This document shows positions 48,463-60,231 of a stretch of 64,000 nt of DNA, piece by piece (positions within the stretch are counted from its first letter, which is position 1; the number at the start of each line of letters is the position of its first letter). A program made the position numbers and the translations under genes. The DNA comes from Parasitella parasitica NRRL 2501 (taxonomy: Eukaryota > Fungi > Mucoromycota): positions 31,210 through 95,209 of the forward strand of contig MU619359.1 of NCBI GenBank assembly GCA_025201805.1. Direction: 5' to 3'. A model generated the notes under the pieces. It saw nothing but the letters and a program-made list of their open reading frames with translations. It did no database searches and was not told where the DNA came from.

Positions 48463-49509
48463 TTAGAAAACTGTTGGATTGAGACGAATGACCATAACAC
48501 TCAAATTATCAGTGCTAAAGTTGGCAAGAGCATAATCCAACAGCTTTTGACTAGCAACTTGAGGGTTCTCGATATCCTTGATGAGGTCAACTGCACCTTG
48601 GTCTTCACAAACATCCCACAACTACCATGTTACAGTATTAATATTGGAGATCAAGTAACCGAAACGTCTACTTTACCCCATCACAAGCCAAAATTAAAAA
48701 GTCATCGTTAGGTCCTAGTTCAGTCTCGGTTGTAAATGGATTTCCAACCACAAACTCCTTCATGACACTGTCTCCCAGTGATCGTGTCACAGCTAAGACA
48801 CCATTGACACGATTATTCATCATAAATCCTCCAAGGTCCATAATACGTTTCGATTCCTGGGCATCAGATCCTTTATGATCGTATGAAAGTCGAACTGCTT
48901 TATTCTGACGGCTAAAGCGCAAAATAAAGTCAATTGATGTCGAACATGAAAACAGGATGAAAGTTTACCTAAGCACAGCGCGCGCATCTCCAACATTACC
49001 AGTATATAGGATACGCTGCAGCCAAAAATTCAAAGATTGAGCTACTGTTCCACTGTGACATCCCCAGCAGAATACTTTACCTTGTCCTCGACCACTTTTA
49101 CGAATGCAACAATAGCAGTACAGCCAGAAAATTTACCCTCCTTTTCATTAACCTCGCTATCTACAGCCAGAAAGGCTTTGTTTAAAATTTCCGGCACTGA
49201 TTCTTCTGGGCTGCTTGATTCAATCTGTGTGGCCAGCACCTGACAATATACACCTTAGTGAAGGAACCCCTCAAACCAAACCAAGCATCCACATACCTTA
49301 TGAAAGTTTTCGCCACACCATTCAGCCGTTGCTTTACCAGCATGGCCATCAAAAATAGCAAAAAAGCCTTGGCGGGGCACACCCATATAGTCAAATTGAA
49401 ATGTATGAGCGTCTTCCATGGTTCTGCGACAACGCTTGTTGCGATCCTCGCTCACGCCCAGCTCAAAGCCAGTTGCATTATGAGGAGATTTGGTTGCTGA
49501 TTGCTCCAT
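48463..49509 (-). CDS. PTC1: PP2C phosphatase, Ptc1-like, 5 exons
   Basis: [53 protein letters not shown]|LWDV, STDNLSV. Confidence 0.95.
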
Positions 49510-49792
49510 TTAGAATTATTAGCTATAAGGTTGTGTATTGATTTCTTAATGTGTGTGGTGTGTGTGTGTGGTGTGTGTGTGTGTGCGCGCGTGCGTGTAT
49601 GTTTTTAGAAGAAAGTAAAAAGGAAAAGAGAAAAGTTATTTATAGAAAAAGGAAAAACTCTTTTTTATGTTACAATTCGGTTGTTCAAACGGTTATCAAT
49701 TGCACTCATCAAACACATAGCCCCAGTCTGTCCAATCAGTCGTAGACCAATTCTAGCTGAAATACATGTAAAGTGTCAAGCTATCGTTACAG

Positions 49793-49993
49793 NNNNNNNN
49801 NNNNNNNNNNNNNNNNNNNNNNNNNNNNNNNNNNNNNNNNNNNNNNNNNNNNNNNNNNNNNNNNNNNNNNNNNNNNNNNNNNNNNNNNNNNNNNNNNNNN
49901 NNNNNNNNNNNNNNNNNNNNNNNNNNNNNNNNNNNNNNNNNNNNNNNNNNNNNNNNNNNNNNNNNNNNNNNNNNNNNNNNNNNNNNNNNNNNN
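49793..49993. other. Assembly gap (N run)
   Basis: Ns. Confidence 1.
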
Positions 49994-50090
49994 NTATTTT
50001 AAAACGTGGCATGCATCATTCAAGTCTTAGTTTATCGGCTAGTGCAGCAAAAGCGAGTGTGCTAATGAACAATGGTCGGTGAGAGGCTTT

Positions 50091-51311
50091 TTATTTGATT
50101 TTTTGTAGTTTCTTATTAGCAAACTTTAGCTTGGTTTGGGTTCTATCTGCATCATCATCTAGTTCATCCAATATTTGATTTTGAGTCTCCAGTTCATGTC
50201 CAATTGCAATGCCCAGTTGCTTTTGTCTTGCTAAAATTGCTCCAAATTGCTGTACTTGCTGGTCTTGGTCTCCCATGATTTGATTCTGATACACCAGCAG
50301 CCCTTCGTTGTCCAAACCTCGTGTGGCCTCGGTCTCTTTAGCTATCTGCTTTTGTCTTTGTGCTGCTGCTGCTGCACCAAATGCTCTGCCATTCAGGCCC
50401 TTCGATTTCTCCCTCATTGCTTCTTTTTTTTGCGGTTGCTGTTGCTGTTGCTGTTGCTGAGTGGGGAATCCATAATTGTCGTCGTCTTCTGTGGCACCGT
50501 AGAATCCGCTTGTGTTGTCGCCTAGCAACGATTTACGGTCGCCCATGTTTTTCTGCTGGTATTGCTGCTTGTTTTGGGTATTATTCGACTTGTGGAACAA
50601 ATCTTGGTCTTGCTGTCTGCCGGTGCTTGCCAGTTTCATCAACGTATCTTTTTCATCTTTTAGCGCTGTCAACAAGTCTTGTCTTCTGCGCAACTCTCCA
50701 TCAGACATGCCTCCATCTACGGCGCCGCTAGCCAGCCCTGCCAAGCCAGCATCAAGGTTGGAGAGTCGGCTCGACAAATTCATCAAAAGCTTTTTGGCTT
50801 GGACTGTGCAATTATGCGAAGCGGAAATTTCATTTCGTGCCAAATGTGTCGATTTTTTGATGATAAGAGATCGAATTTCTCGCGCAGTGTCTGCCATGGT
50901 GTTGTACTCGTCAAGCCAACTTTCTGATGTGTATGCTGTGCTTGCATCTAACGATCTGCCTGTAGGAATAGCCAGGAACTCTCGCCAAACATCGGTTAAT
51001 CTCCAGCGATCATCGCGGCTACTGAGTATGCCTCGCAGATAATCTTCCAGCCCTCGACGACGCTCTTCGATTTTTTCTGGATTTGAAAAGGTGGATGGAA
51101 AGTACCGCTTGGTGGGTAGCTTTGTGGGTGTTGGTTGTTTTGGAAAAATACTGCGAAACTGTGAGTCAAGCTTGAAAAATTCAGAATAGCGTTTCCAAAC
51201 GACCCAGTTGCGAACGGCTGCATGGACCTCTACTTTGTAAATAACATGCGGTTTAGGCAAGTTTCTTGTTTCCGTTTCTCGAACAAAGATCGCTTGGATG
51301 ACTTCGGACAT
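50091..51311 (-). CDS. VAM7: PX-domain Qc-SNARE, Vam7-like
   Basis: N-terminal PX domain (VWKRYSEF, ERRRGLEDYL), C-terminal SNARE motif (QDQQV...ELETQNQILDEL), no TM helix. Confidence 0.92.
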   Translation of the reverse strand: MSEVIQAIFVRETETRNLPKPHVIYKVEVHAAVRNWVVWKRYSEFFKLDSQFRSIFPKQPTPTKLPTKRYFPSTFSNPEKIEERRRGLEDYLRGILSSRDDRWRLTDVWREFLAIPTGRSLDASTAYTSESWLDEYNTMADTAREIRSLIIKKSTHLARNEISASHNCTVQAKKLLMNLSSRLSNLDAGLAGLASGAVDGGMSDGELRRRQDLLTALKDEKDTLMKLASTGRQQDQDLFHKSNNTQNKQQYQQKNMGDRKSLLGDNTSGFYGATEDDDNYGFPTQQQQQQQQPQKKEAMREKSKGLNGRAFGAAAAAQRQKQIAKETEATRGLDNEGLLVYQNQIMGDQDQQVQQFGAILARQKQLGIAIGHELETQNQILDELDDDADRTQTKLKFANKKLQKIK

Positions 51312-52399
51312 GCTCCAAAACAACAAAAAAAAAAAAAGGGTTTATAGGAAAGATAAAAGAGGAAGGGATGGGAAAACAAGGGCTTTAAACCAACCCATTA
51401 CAAGCCAGTTGCGTCAGAGTCAATTGTTTCATGTTATGCTCGTATTGGAACCTTTTAGGATGTTACAGAAGCACGAAATTGAACACCTCCCTTCCTCATT
51501 CAAATACTCTCCTCCTCATACGGTGCCCCATTGTCGACTCAACTCAAAAATAGAGACTCTAATCACAACAAATTCCCTTAAATAAATCTACTATCCTAGT
51601 GTAAAACGAAGTTCGGCAAAGATCAATATACATATTCTTGTTTGTATTAAATGTGATGGACAACTTTTTAAATGATTTAGCTCCACAACTTATTCTGCTT
51701 GCCACTTAATGTTTTTCTTTACATCTCATACCTTTTCTTTTTTATTTTTTTATTATATAGACGACTTGAGGTCCCTCATATTAATTATTAGACCTTAAAA
51801 TTAGTACACATGATAACATAATGACAAATTAAGCTTCATAATTGTGTTACTCAACGAACGTTGAAGGTATGCTTCATTTTGCTCATGTTGTAATGATCTG
51901 ATACAGCAGCAGTGCAATAGCAGCAGCAGCAGCAGCAGCAGCAGCAAAAAAAAAATTCCGATCTTCGAATTTTGTATTGCTAGGTTTGGTTATTGGACAT
52001 TTTTTCGTCAATAACTCTAAAACTTGCTAAAAAAAATCTATTATGGGTTCAAGTAGGTTCGTGCATTGTTTAATTTTGCATGTAGTGGTATATATTGCAG
52101 CAAAGTTCATATCAAGAACCTTGAATAACCTGCGATTGAACCAAAAAGCCAAAGTTTTGCATAATCCAATACCTAAACTGGTAATTCAATGTCAAAAATT
52201 GAAGTCATGTGGAATGTTTTCGATTAATACATACCATAGAGCAAAAAAAAAAAAAAAAAAGAAACTTCATTTTTGAGGTCAAACTTGACAAATTGTGCAT
52301 TCCGTCAATTTTTCCTTGAGGCGGGCGCTATTGGGAAGTTGAAGTCTATTGAAGTCATTGAAAGATCTATATAAATTGGCTGTGTTATAAGAGAGACAA

Positions 52400-52930
52400 G
52401 GATTATAGCTGGTTGTGTATTTCTACTTCGTCATGGATTTGAAGTAGTTCATTTTTAATTTTTTTTTTGACCACATCAAGCCATTTGAAGGGTACCGAGT
52501 GAAAGATCACTCTCATATGGGCCCTCCAGATGTAACCCAGCGTAACCAGAATTATCATGGGTGCGGTAGTGTGTTTTTTGGACACATCTGTATATCCGTA
52601 AAGTCTAGCCTTATTGACCCTCATGAAAAATCGTTGAAACTCGATGGTTTTTCACCTAATTTTCGGTCGGAAATGCATCAGGTAGCAAATGTGAACTATA
52701 GGAAACCATTTGGTGCGATACTAAGCGCTTGAATCGGTTAAAAACGGTGTAAATTCTATCAAAAGAAGTAGACTGATGATAAAAACTGAGTATTTCACAT
52801 GCTGGTGGATGTCTTTCTTCTTTCTTTCGTTCAATCAGTTCTTTGGAGAATTCTACTGACCTAATACTCTTAAGAAAACGCTCAGTAGTTATTTTCATCG
52901 CTTGCGAGTGCAATGATACTTTCTTAATAA
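52400..52930 (-). mobile_element. Decayed LINE 3' fragment
   Basis: LVTLGYIWRAHMRVIFHSVPF resembles the LINE C-terminal motif at about 30550. Stops and frameshifts. Confidence 0.55.
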
Positions 52931-53912
52931 ACAGTAATTACGGTATATTAGTGAAATTCAAGTTATGAGAGATGTTTCTACTAGGATTTGCTACGCATTT
53001 TCTGTTTGCATGGCTTTGTACCTAAACATGTTATTATCATGAGACAGCGCAGACACATTTAAACTATTTTTATATACAGGACGGAAGCAAAGTATCAAGA
53101 GACATGTCATTATGCGACAGATTAATGACCACATGGAAAAGAAACAATGTCTTGGATGCTTGAATGTTTATGATGGTGATGTGTTCAAAATTCTAAATGG
53201 AGTACATGATTCAAAAGGTATGACTCATCTTGGCATGAGAAAATCGAAAAAAAGGAAACAAAAGATGATACGTGATTTAAAATAATTGGGTACACAACCA
53301 GATGAGCAATGTATGTATTGGTAGCATTTAAATAAGGGGTGAATTGTTTGATATCTGTCTTTATTTAGGGAGACATCAGGAAGCAGCATGTTCTGGAATT
53401 AACTGTTGAATGTATATTTCTTATCTCCATAAACTCCCCCTCCCCTCCTCCTTTATACGGCTATTTTTTCACAATTCCTTTGTTTTACAAAGGAAGAAAA
53501 ATCTCGTCCAGTTTTGTGGTTATCCAAGGATATTTGGATAAATGCGCTAAATTATCTTTGTGTATTGAGAGATACATTTAGTAAGCACTCTTGTTTATAC
53601 TAACAAAAGTCGGTTTCAAAAACAAACACACTACATCCTACATATGAAAAAAAATAAAAAAGCAAAAAGGAAAGGAAAAAGGGAAGGATTTCATTATCCT
53701 TTTTATAAAACTGAAATAAGAGGGGGAAAAGATAGGGAGAGCAAGCACCTATTAAATAGGGGTTAGAAGAACAAAACGAGATGCACCTGATTTCGGATGT
53801 TTTCAGTTCAATTTCCGAGTTATTAAGCCACCTTTGCCAAAAAACTATAAATACTCGCTATTTATTTTCATAATAGCGAAAAAATTTACTTTTTACTCTT
53901 TTTTTCATCAAC

Positions 53913-55210
53913 ATGTCTGGCTTCAACATTGCAACTCCTTCTATGACAACACCTGCTACCATGCAGACGCCCTCTATGCAAACACCATCCATCCCTACCC
54001 CTCACCACAATTCGACTCCATTTGCACTACCATCAACTCCTGCGCCGTTGGATGCTGCCACACCCAGCAGAGATGCCAACCCATACTCAGTGGCGGGTAT
54101 CACACCCACATTACAGTAAGTGTGTTTTTTTTTTTTTATTATTATTTTTATATCGCTGTTTTTTATTTTTCCAAGTACACAACCGTTACATCGAATGTAT
54201 ACTCTGTTATATATTGCATTCCATTTTTTCTGTATCTCTCTCTTTACCTACCAATTCGAAATTATCAATAAACAAACGACCCAAAAATATCTAATAATCT
54301 CAACATTGGAATACACAAACGTGCAGCCATAACCCTATGTATCTCTCAATGTTTTACCTTTTGTTCTTTTTAAAAAATATTGTGTTTGTATTTTGTTACC
54401 CTCAGCATTCAATTGTGCAGTGATTCATGTCATGATGTTCAAGTGTGTGGATTTTGGATTTTGGATCGGTAAAGAGAGAGATCAGCTGTACAATGGAAGG
54501 ATAAAATGAATGGATGGGTGTAATCCGCTGCCGTACATTTATTAATTTTTTTCTTCCTTTCTTTTCTAGAAACATTGTTGCTACTGTCAATTTGGATTGT
54601 CGTCTGGACCTCAAGACAATTGCGCTCCATGCTCGTAATGCTGAATACAATCCAAAGGTAAATATTTACACTTCCACCACCATGGGGTGTTGATGAGCGC
54701 AATTCTGAACTGTTGTGTAGCGTTTCGCAGCTGTTATTATGCGTATTCGTGATCCCAAAACTACTGCCTTGATCTTTGCTTCTGGTAAGATGGTCGTTAC
54801 AGGCGCCAAATCCGAAGATGATTCGAAATTGGCTGCTCGCAAATACGCTCGTATTATCCAGAAGCTGGGATTCCAAGCAAAGTTCACTGATTTTAAAATT
54901 CAAAACATTGTTGGCTCTTGTGATGTTAAATTTCCCATTCGTTTGGAAGGTTTAGCTTACTCTCATGGTCACTTTAGTTCTGTAAGTATTATCGCTGTTT
55001 CTTCTTCTTTCCTTTTTTCATATACTCATCTTGTGACAGTATGAACCTGAGTTGTTTCCTGGTCTCATTTATCGTATGGTGAAGCCCAAGATTGTTTTAC
55101 TGATCTTTGTATCTGGTAAAATCGTCTTGACTGGTGCTAAAGTACGAGAAGAGATCTACCAGGCTTTCCAAGCTATATATCCTGTACTTACCGAGTTTAG
55201 AAAGCCTTAA
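53913..55210 (+). CDS. TBP: TATA-binding protein, 4 exons
   Basis: GITPTLQ|NIVATV, NAEYNPK|[48 protein letters not shown]. Intron 1 is 54117-54569. Confidence 0.98.
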
Positions 55211-55679
55211 TGTTATAAAGAAAAAAATTATAAAATTATTACATGTAAAAATAGTTAATCCAACAAAGTATTGTATCATATATCCCCTTCCACACACTTT
55301 TATTTTTCCTTGCAAAAAAAAAATTCAAACTACATTAGTAAAAAAAAAAAAAAAAAATAAAGATTGCACACTTTAAAACACATTTTTCTAGTAGTTTGAT
55401 CCGTAAAAAAAAAAAGTAAATTTGAACAAAATCTCCAAATTTGGGTCTTTTTGGTGCGCATATCTTTAAAATCTTCCTGAATCCAATGAAAAAATTTTTT
55501 TTGACGGTATCATATCCAATAAGTGGATGTTTGAGAACGCGCAATATTGTTGGTACATAAAAGATTAAAAACAAACAGATGATTTACTGTTCTTCCCTCT
55601 TCTTCTTTCCACAAAAATCTTTTTTTTTTCTTTTACTCTTTTTTTTTTTTTTAATTGAAAAAAAAAACCGTGTGCTGTA

Positions 55680-56869
55680 ATGAGTGATGCTATTACAATT
55701 CACTCTTCTCCTGTCGTTCAGGATGAAGTTGTAACAAAAAAGAGCTGGAAAAACTATTTTGCGTTCATCAAGGATCGCAAATTTTGGAAAGTTTTACTCT
55801 TGGGTCAATGTAAGCAAATATGCATTTGGGTGTATTGGATCTAATTGTAAGTTTAGTACTCTCATTGTGCATTACTGGCACGAATGTTGTCACTACCATC
55901 CTGAGTACTCAGTACAATTTTGCTGCACCTACCACACAAACATTTCTGGTATATGCTTGTTTAGCAATTGTGTACAATTCTTATGCGCTGTACAAAAGAG
56001 GTTTGAAGGGTTGGCTGTTGCAGTTTTGGAGAAGAGGCATCTATTATTTTGTCTTGGGCTTTATCGATGTGGAAGGCAACTATTTTGTGGTGAAATCTTA
56101 CCAATACACCTCCCTCTTATCTGCTATGTTGCTCGACTGCTGGAGCACTCCTGTCTGTATGATTTTGTCCTACTTTCTCCTGAAAGTTAGATATCGCTGG
56201 GTCCAATATCTCGGAGTATTCATTGCCCTTTGTGGTCTAGGTATGTTGGTTGGAAGCGATGTATTGACGGACAAGAACTATGGTGCTACAGATGCCGTGA
56301 AAGGAGATCTCTTTTGTATTCTGGGTGCAACCTTGTATGGTTTCTCCAACGTAGGCGAAGAACTTATGGCTCGCAAACATCCGTTGTATGAAGTCATTGG
56401 CATGTTTACTTTCTTTGCTACCTTCATCAACTTGGTGCAAATATTCATATTCGAGCGTTCCGAATGGGCCAACTTTGCAGACACCAAGATATCTGGTATG
56501 GTTGTCACTTATACTATTTGCATGTTTGTCCTCTATTCCCTTGCTCCTGTCATGTTCCGCCTAGGTAGTGCTGTGCTCTACAATCTTTCTATCTTGACCA
56601 GTGATTTTTATGGCTTGATCTTTGGCCTGGGTCTCTTTGGCTACTCTGTCACTATCATGTACCCATTTGCCTATGTTGTTATCATCATTGGTATTGGCAT
56701 TTACCATATCTTCCCTGCTCCTTTACCTGGTATCGGCAACTTTACTGACGAAATTGCTGAAAAAGAATTGAGAGAGCTGCATGGCATTCCTCAGGACGAC
56801 GTTGAACGTCAACACACCAATGCCACTGATGAGGTTATTCCTACTTTGACAACTGAAGCCAAAAATTAG
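55680..56869 (+). CDS. SLC35F1/F2-like (DUF914) DMT-superfamily transporter, 2 exons
   Basis: LLLGQ|LLSLCITGT, DVEGNYFVVKSYQYTSLLSAMLLDCW, GDL...GATLYGFSNV.EE, NLSILTSDF. Confidence 0.93.
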
Positions 56870-57588
56870 TTTTTATAGTTTATACGTTTAGGGAACTGTC
56901 GTTTTTATTTCTTTGATTATTATTATTTTGTAAGAATTATAATGGTGCTGCCCTTCTTCACGTCTTTTGCACACTGTAAATAAAAAGACGTTTCCTAACC
57001 TTTACAATTGAACCCACCGCTACCGTTTTAAAGCACGTTGATACGGGTAGTGTAGTAACAAATGAAAAAAGCCTTAAAAACAACATCAAATCGTCCAAAA
57101 ATAACACAAGAGTAATACCAAACAAAACGCTAAAGTCCAGCGAATCTTTTAATACCACACTTATGCTTGCTACATCAAGTTTTTGCTCTTTCTTGATTCG
57201 ACTTGTGCGCAGGTCGGTAAGTTTTCGGGTTTTTTGGGAAACTTAATTTTCAAAATCGGAGCGTGCATTTGCTAGACCTGTTACAAAAATACAAATACCA
57301 CCGTAAGAAAAGCAAAGAGTTATAGAATTGGTCTCTTCAATTTCATTTGTTTCGCGGTTATATTGAAGCAGTTTTAGCTGCTCAAAGTTGAGCTCTATGT
57401 TCCAAAAACGCGTCTTCAAAGCTACAATACGAACATGAGAGAAGATGATTTGAAACCCCGTATTTAGTCTAAAATCAGCCTCTTCAGCATATTTTGGTAT
57501 ATAACAAAGACCTTTATTGCTTGTGTGTGTGTGTGTGGGGGGGGGGGGGAGAAGTAACACCTGTAAACAAATCGAAGAGGGGTTTTTA

Positions 57589-60231
57589 TTAACCGCCTTT
57601 TGTCACCTGCATCAATAGCCTAATTCTTGCGCAAATCTCACCTTAAAAATATAAATATGTAAATAATTAAAACGAAAACTCAAAACCCGATCCTACGTAC
57701 TTGCTTCTTTTGCACTCTCTGCTTCCAAATCATATGCTTTAACGTCTCTTTCTTTGAGGACCATGATTTTAAAGTTTGTAGGCACTTTCTTACTCTGCTT
57801 GCATGATCGCACAGCGCTTGCATGAAAAGACGTCTATTGCAGAACTGGTGTTGAAAAGGCGTACTCTCTTTCGGTAATTTCTGATTTAACTTACTGTTTT
57901 GACCGAGTCAAACATGCCTTTGTGCTCTGGGGGCATCAGATGAATGTAATCGCCGTCAATTGCCAAAATGTAGACCTTTTTGCTGACAAACATGGGCATC
58001 TTTCTGCTCACATTGTACTTTTTATATTGCGAGAATAAGCCTTCATTGGCATTTGTTGCTGAAGGTCCGACTGTTGGGCTTTCAGTTGTAGAAAAGTACA
58101 TGGGATGGTTTACTTCGTCCTTTTTTCGTTTGATGGGTGATCTCCAAAGATGCGTGGCTACAGAAAAAGAAAGGCAGTCAGTATATCACCCGCCAATATT
58201 GGCTCACAAAGCAATGACGTACAGCTGGGTATAGACAATGCGGTGCTCTTCTTTGTAAATGTTAAATCCGTAATGCCCTTCAAACTCTCCACTGTTGTGT
58301 CATTTTGCACTATAATGTTGGTATCGGCAATGGTAAACATGTACTGATTAGGATCCAACTTTCTCTTCCTCGACACAAGTTCCAAAACATCACCGATAAA
58401 CATGTCTGCATACACAGGGATCGACGTCGTAGCCGATACTTCTTCGCTGGTCATCAATTTGATGCGGAAATCCTTGAGCGGTTTCATTGGCATTGTAGCT
58501 TTTGTTAGTGTTGCCTTAGAAGATGGCACAGGGACGGCAACAGTAGAGGCATCTGGCTCTGGATGTTGCTGCTGTGTCATCAGGTGGGTTGCATATGTCT
58601 GTGCTATGGTTTCGTCAGGCGTCATATTGGCATAAGGAGGTGACATTTCAAAATGAACAGCATCATTGTTATCGGCAGATTGGGCTTGATTCTCCTCTGG
58701 GTTATTGTACTGGTGCAGCTGCGTATTTTTAGTGGATGCGGAAGGCGACACCATGGCAGCTTTCTTCCTTTTAAGGGTCTCAATATCAGGTTTACTGCGG
58801 CCCATTTTGGCACGGTCAATGTCATTCTGTTTTGCCTGTGATGTTGTTGCACGGCAAAGGGCGAATTGGTCAAAAGACACACGCCCAATGTTACGAGTAC
58901 GGTCGATTGCTGGCAAGTCATCCTCGATTTCTCCATCGTCTTCGGCGATCAACAAAACCCATTCCGCCAAATCATAGGCTGCTTCGTCTAATTCAGGTTC
59001 GCGCTTTTGCTCTACATAATCATACAGTATATATCCAATGACATCGTCTGTGATAGCATCAGGCCGCACCACCAAATAAACAGGTTTGTAAGGTTGATTG
59101 GACGTGGGCAGGTAAACACACAGCTTGATAGACTTGGATTCGCCCTTTCCAGAAACAGAAGAGTATTCAGCAAATGGGTTTTCGGCTGCTGAAGCCTTTT
59201 CGGCAATCATTGCCGAAAGCGCAGAGGCTTTGGTTCTTTGTAGACTCGTTAGATTTTTTTTGGTATATTCAAGAGGGGAGGGTGGAGGGATATTTGCTGC
59301 GACGAGGGTCTTTGTTGAGTTGGAAGCCAAGGGGGCTCCACCGCTCAGTGCTGTTACTTCGACATCAGTAACAGTGTGCGGGGTTAAAGCTGTAAATGCA
59401 GGGTGAGGATTGTCGTCTATAGAAGACCGTGGAGAGGGATCAATAGCTGAATCAACAGAAGGATGCAGTAATGTATTTGGAAATGATCTCTGTGCTGCTG
59501 TATTCGTCGAGGGTCCAGCATAAGGAGACGATGCGTTTTTTGTCGCTGATCTTGCTATTCCAGTTACCAGTGGACCACCAGCAGCAGCCACTGGTGACAT
59601 TAAATTGTAAACTGCAGGTTTCCTAGACAAAATTTAATCAATCAAACTGTTGCACAATAAACCTAAAACTGCAAAACAGTTACCCCGAGTTTGATAAGAG
59701 TGTTTGTTTATCGACTTCAACATCATCTTCCTCGCTATCTGTAGTAGATTCTTGTGCCCTGCCACTCATGGTTTGACCTGCAGCCATGGCAACATCAGCA
59801 TCAGCACCAGCACCAGCACTAGCACCAGCACTAGTACCAGTACCAGTACCAGTACCAGTACCAGTGCCAGCACCAGCACCAGCACTAACGCCCACTCCTC
59901 CTCCGCCTGCACCACCAGCAGCCATATATTGATTGTATCGCATATTAGGAATATTCGTCACTGGTTTTCGCTGTCGATAATTTCGTTTTGTCGTACGTGG
60001 ACTACTTGTAATGTTGGTCGCAGTTACATGACCCTCGTTATTGAGAAATGTATCGTACACTGGAGAATAACAATATTGCATTTCAGGATATCCAGGTGCT
60101 GCTAGACGAACATAATCATCAGACATGACTGTAGGTGGGAAAGAGATGATTCGTTCACCACGCTCGTCCATTCTCAGAAACTTTATACGACTGATGTGAA
60201 TTAAATACAGTGGATCATTTATCAGTGACAT
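57589..60231 (-). CDS. SIN1: TORC2 subunit Sin1/Avo1 (N-terminal domain, CRIM, RBD-like, PH), 5 exons
   Basis: MSLINDPLYLIHISRIKFLR, CRIM motif IAEDDGEIEDDLPAIDR, PH motif YNVSRKMPM...LAIDGDYIHLMP. Confidence 0.92.

Noticed and set aside
48174-50082. ORFs containing X runs
   Set aside because: They span N gaps.
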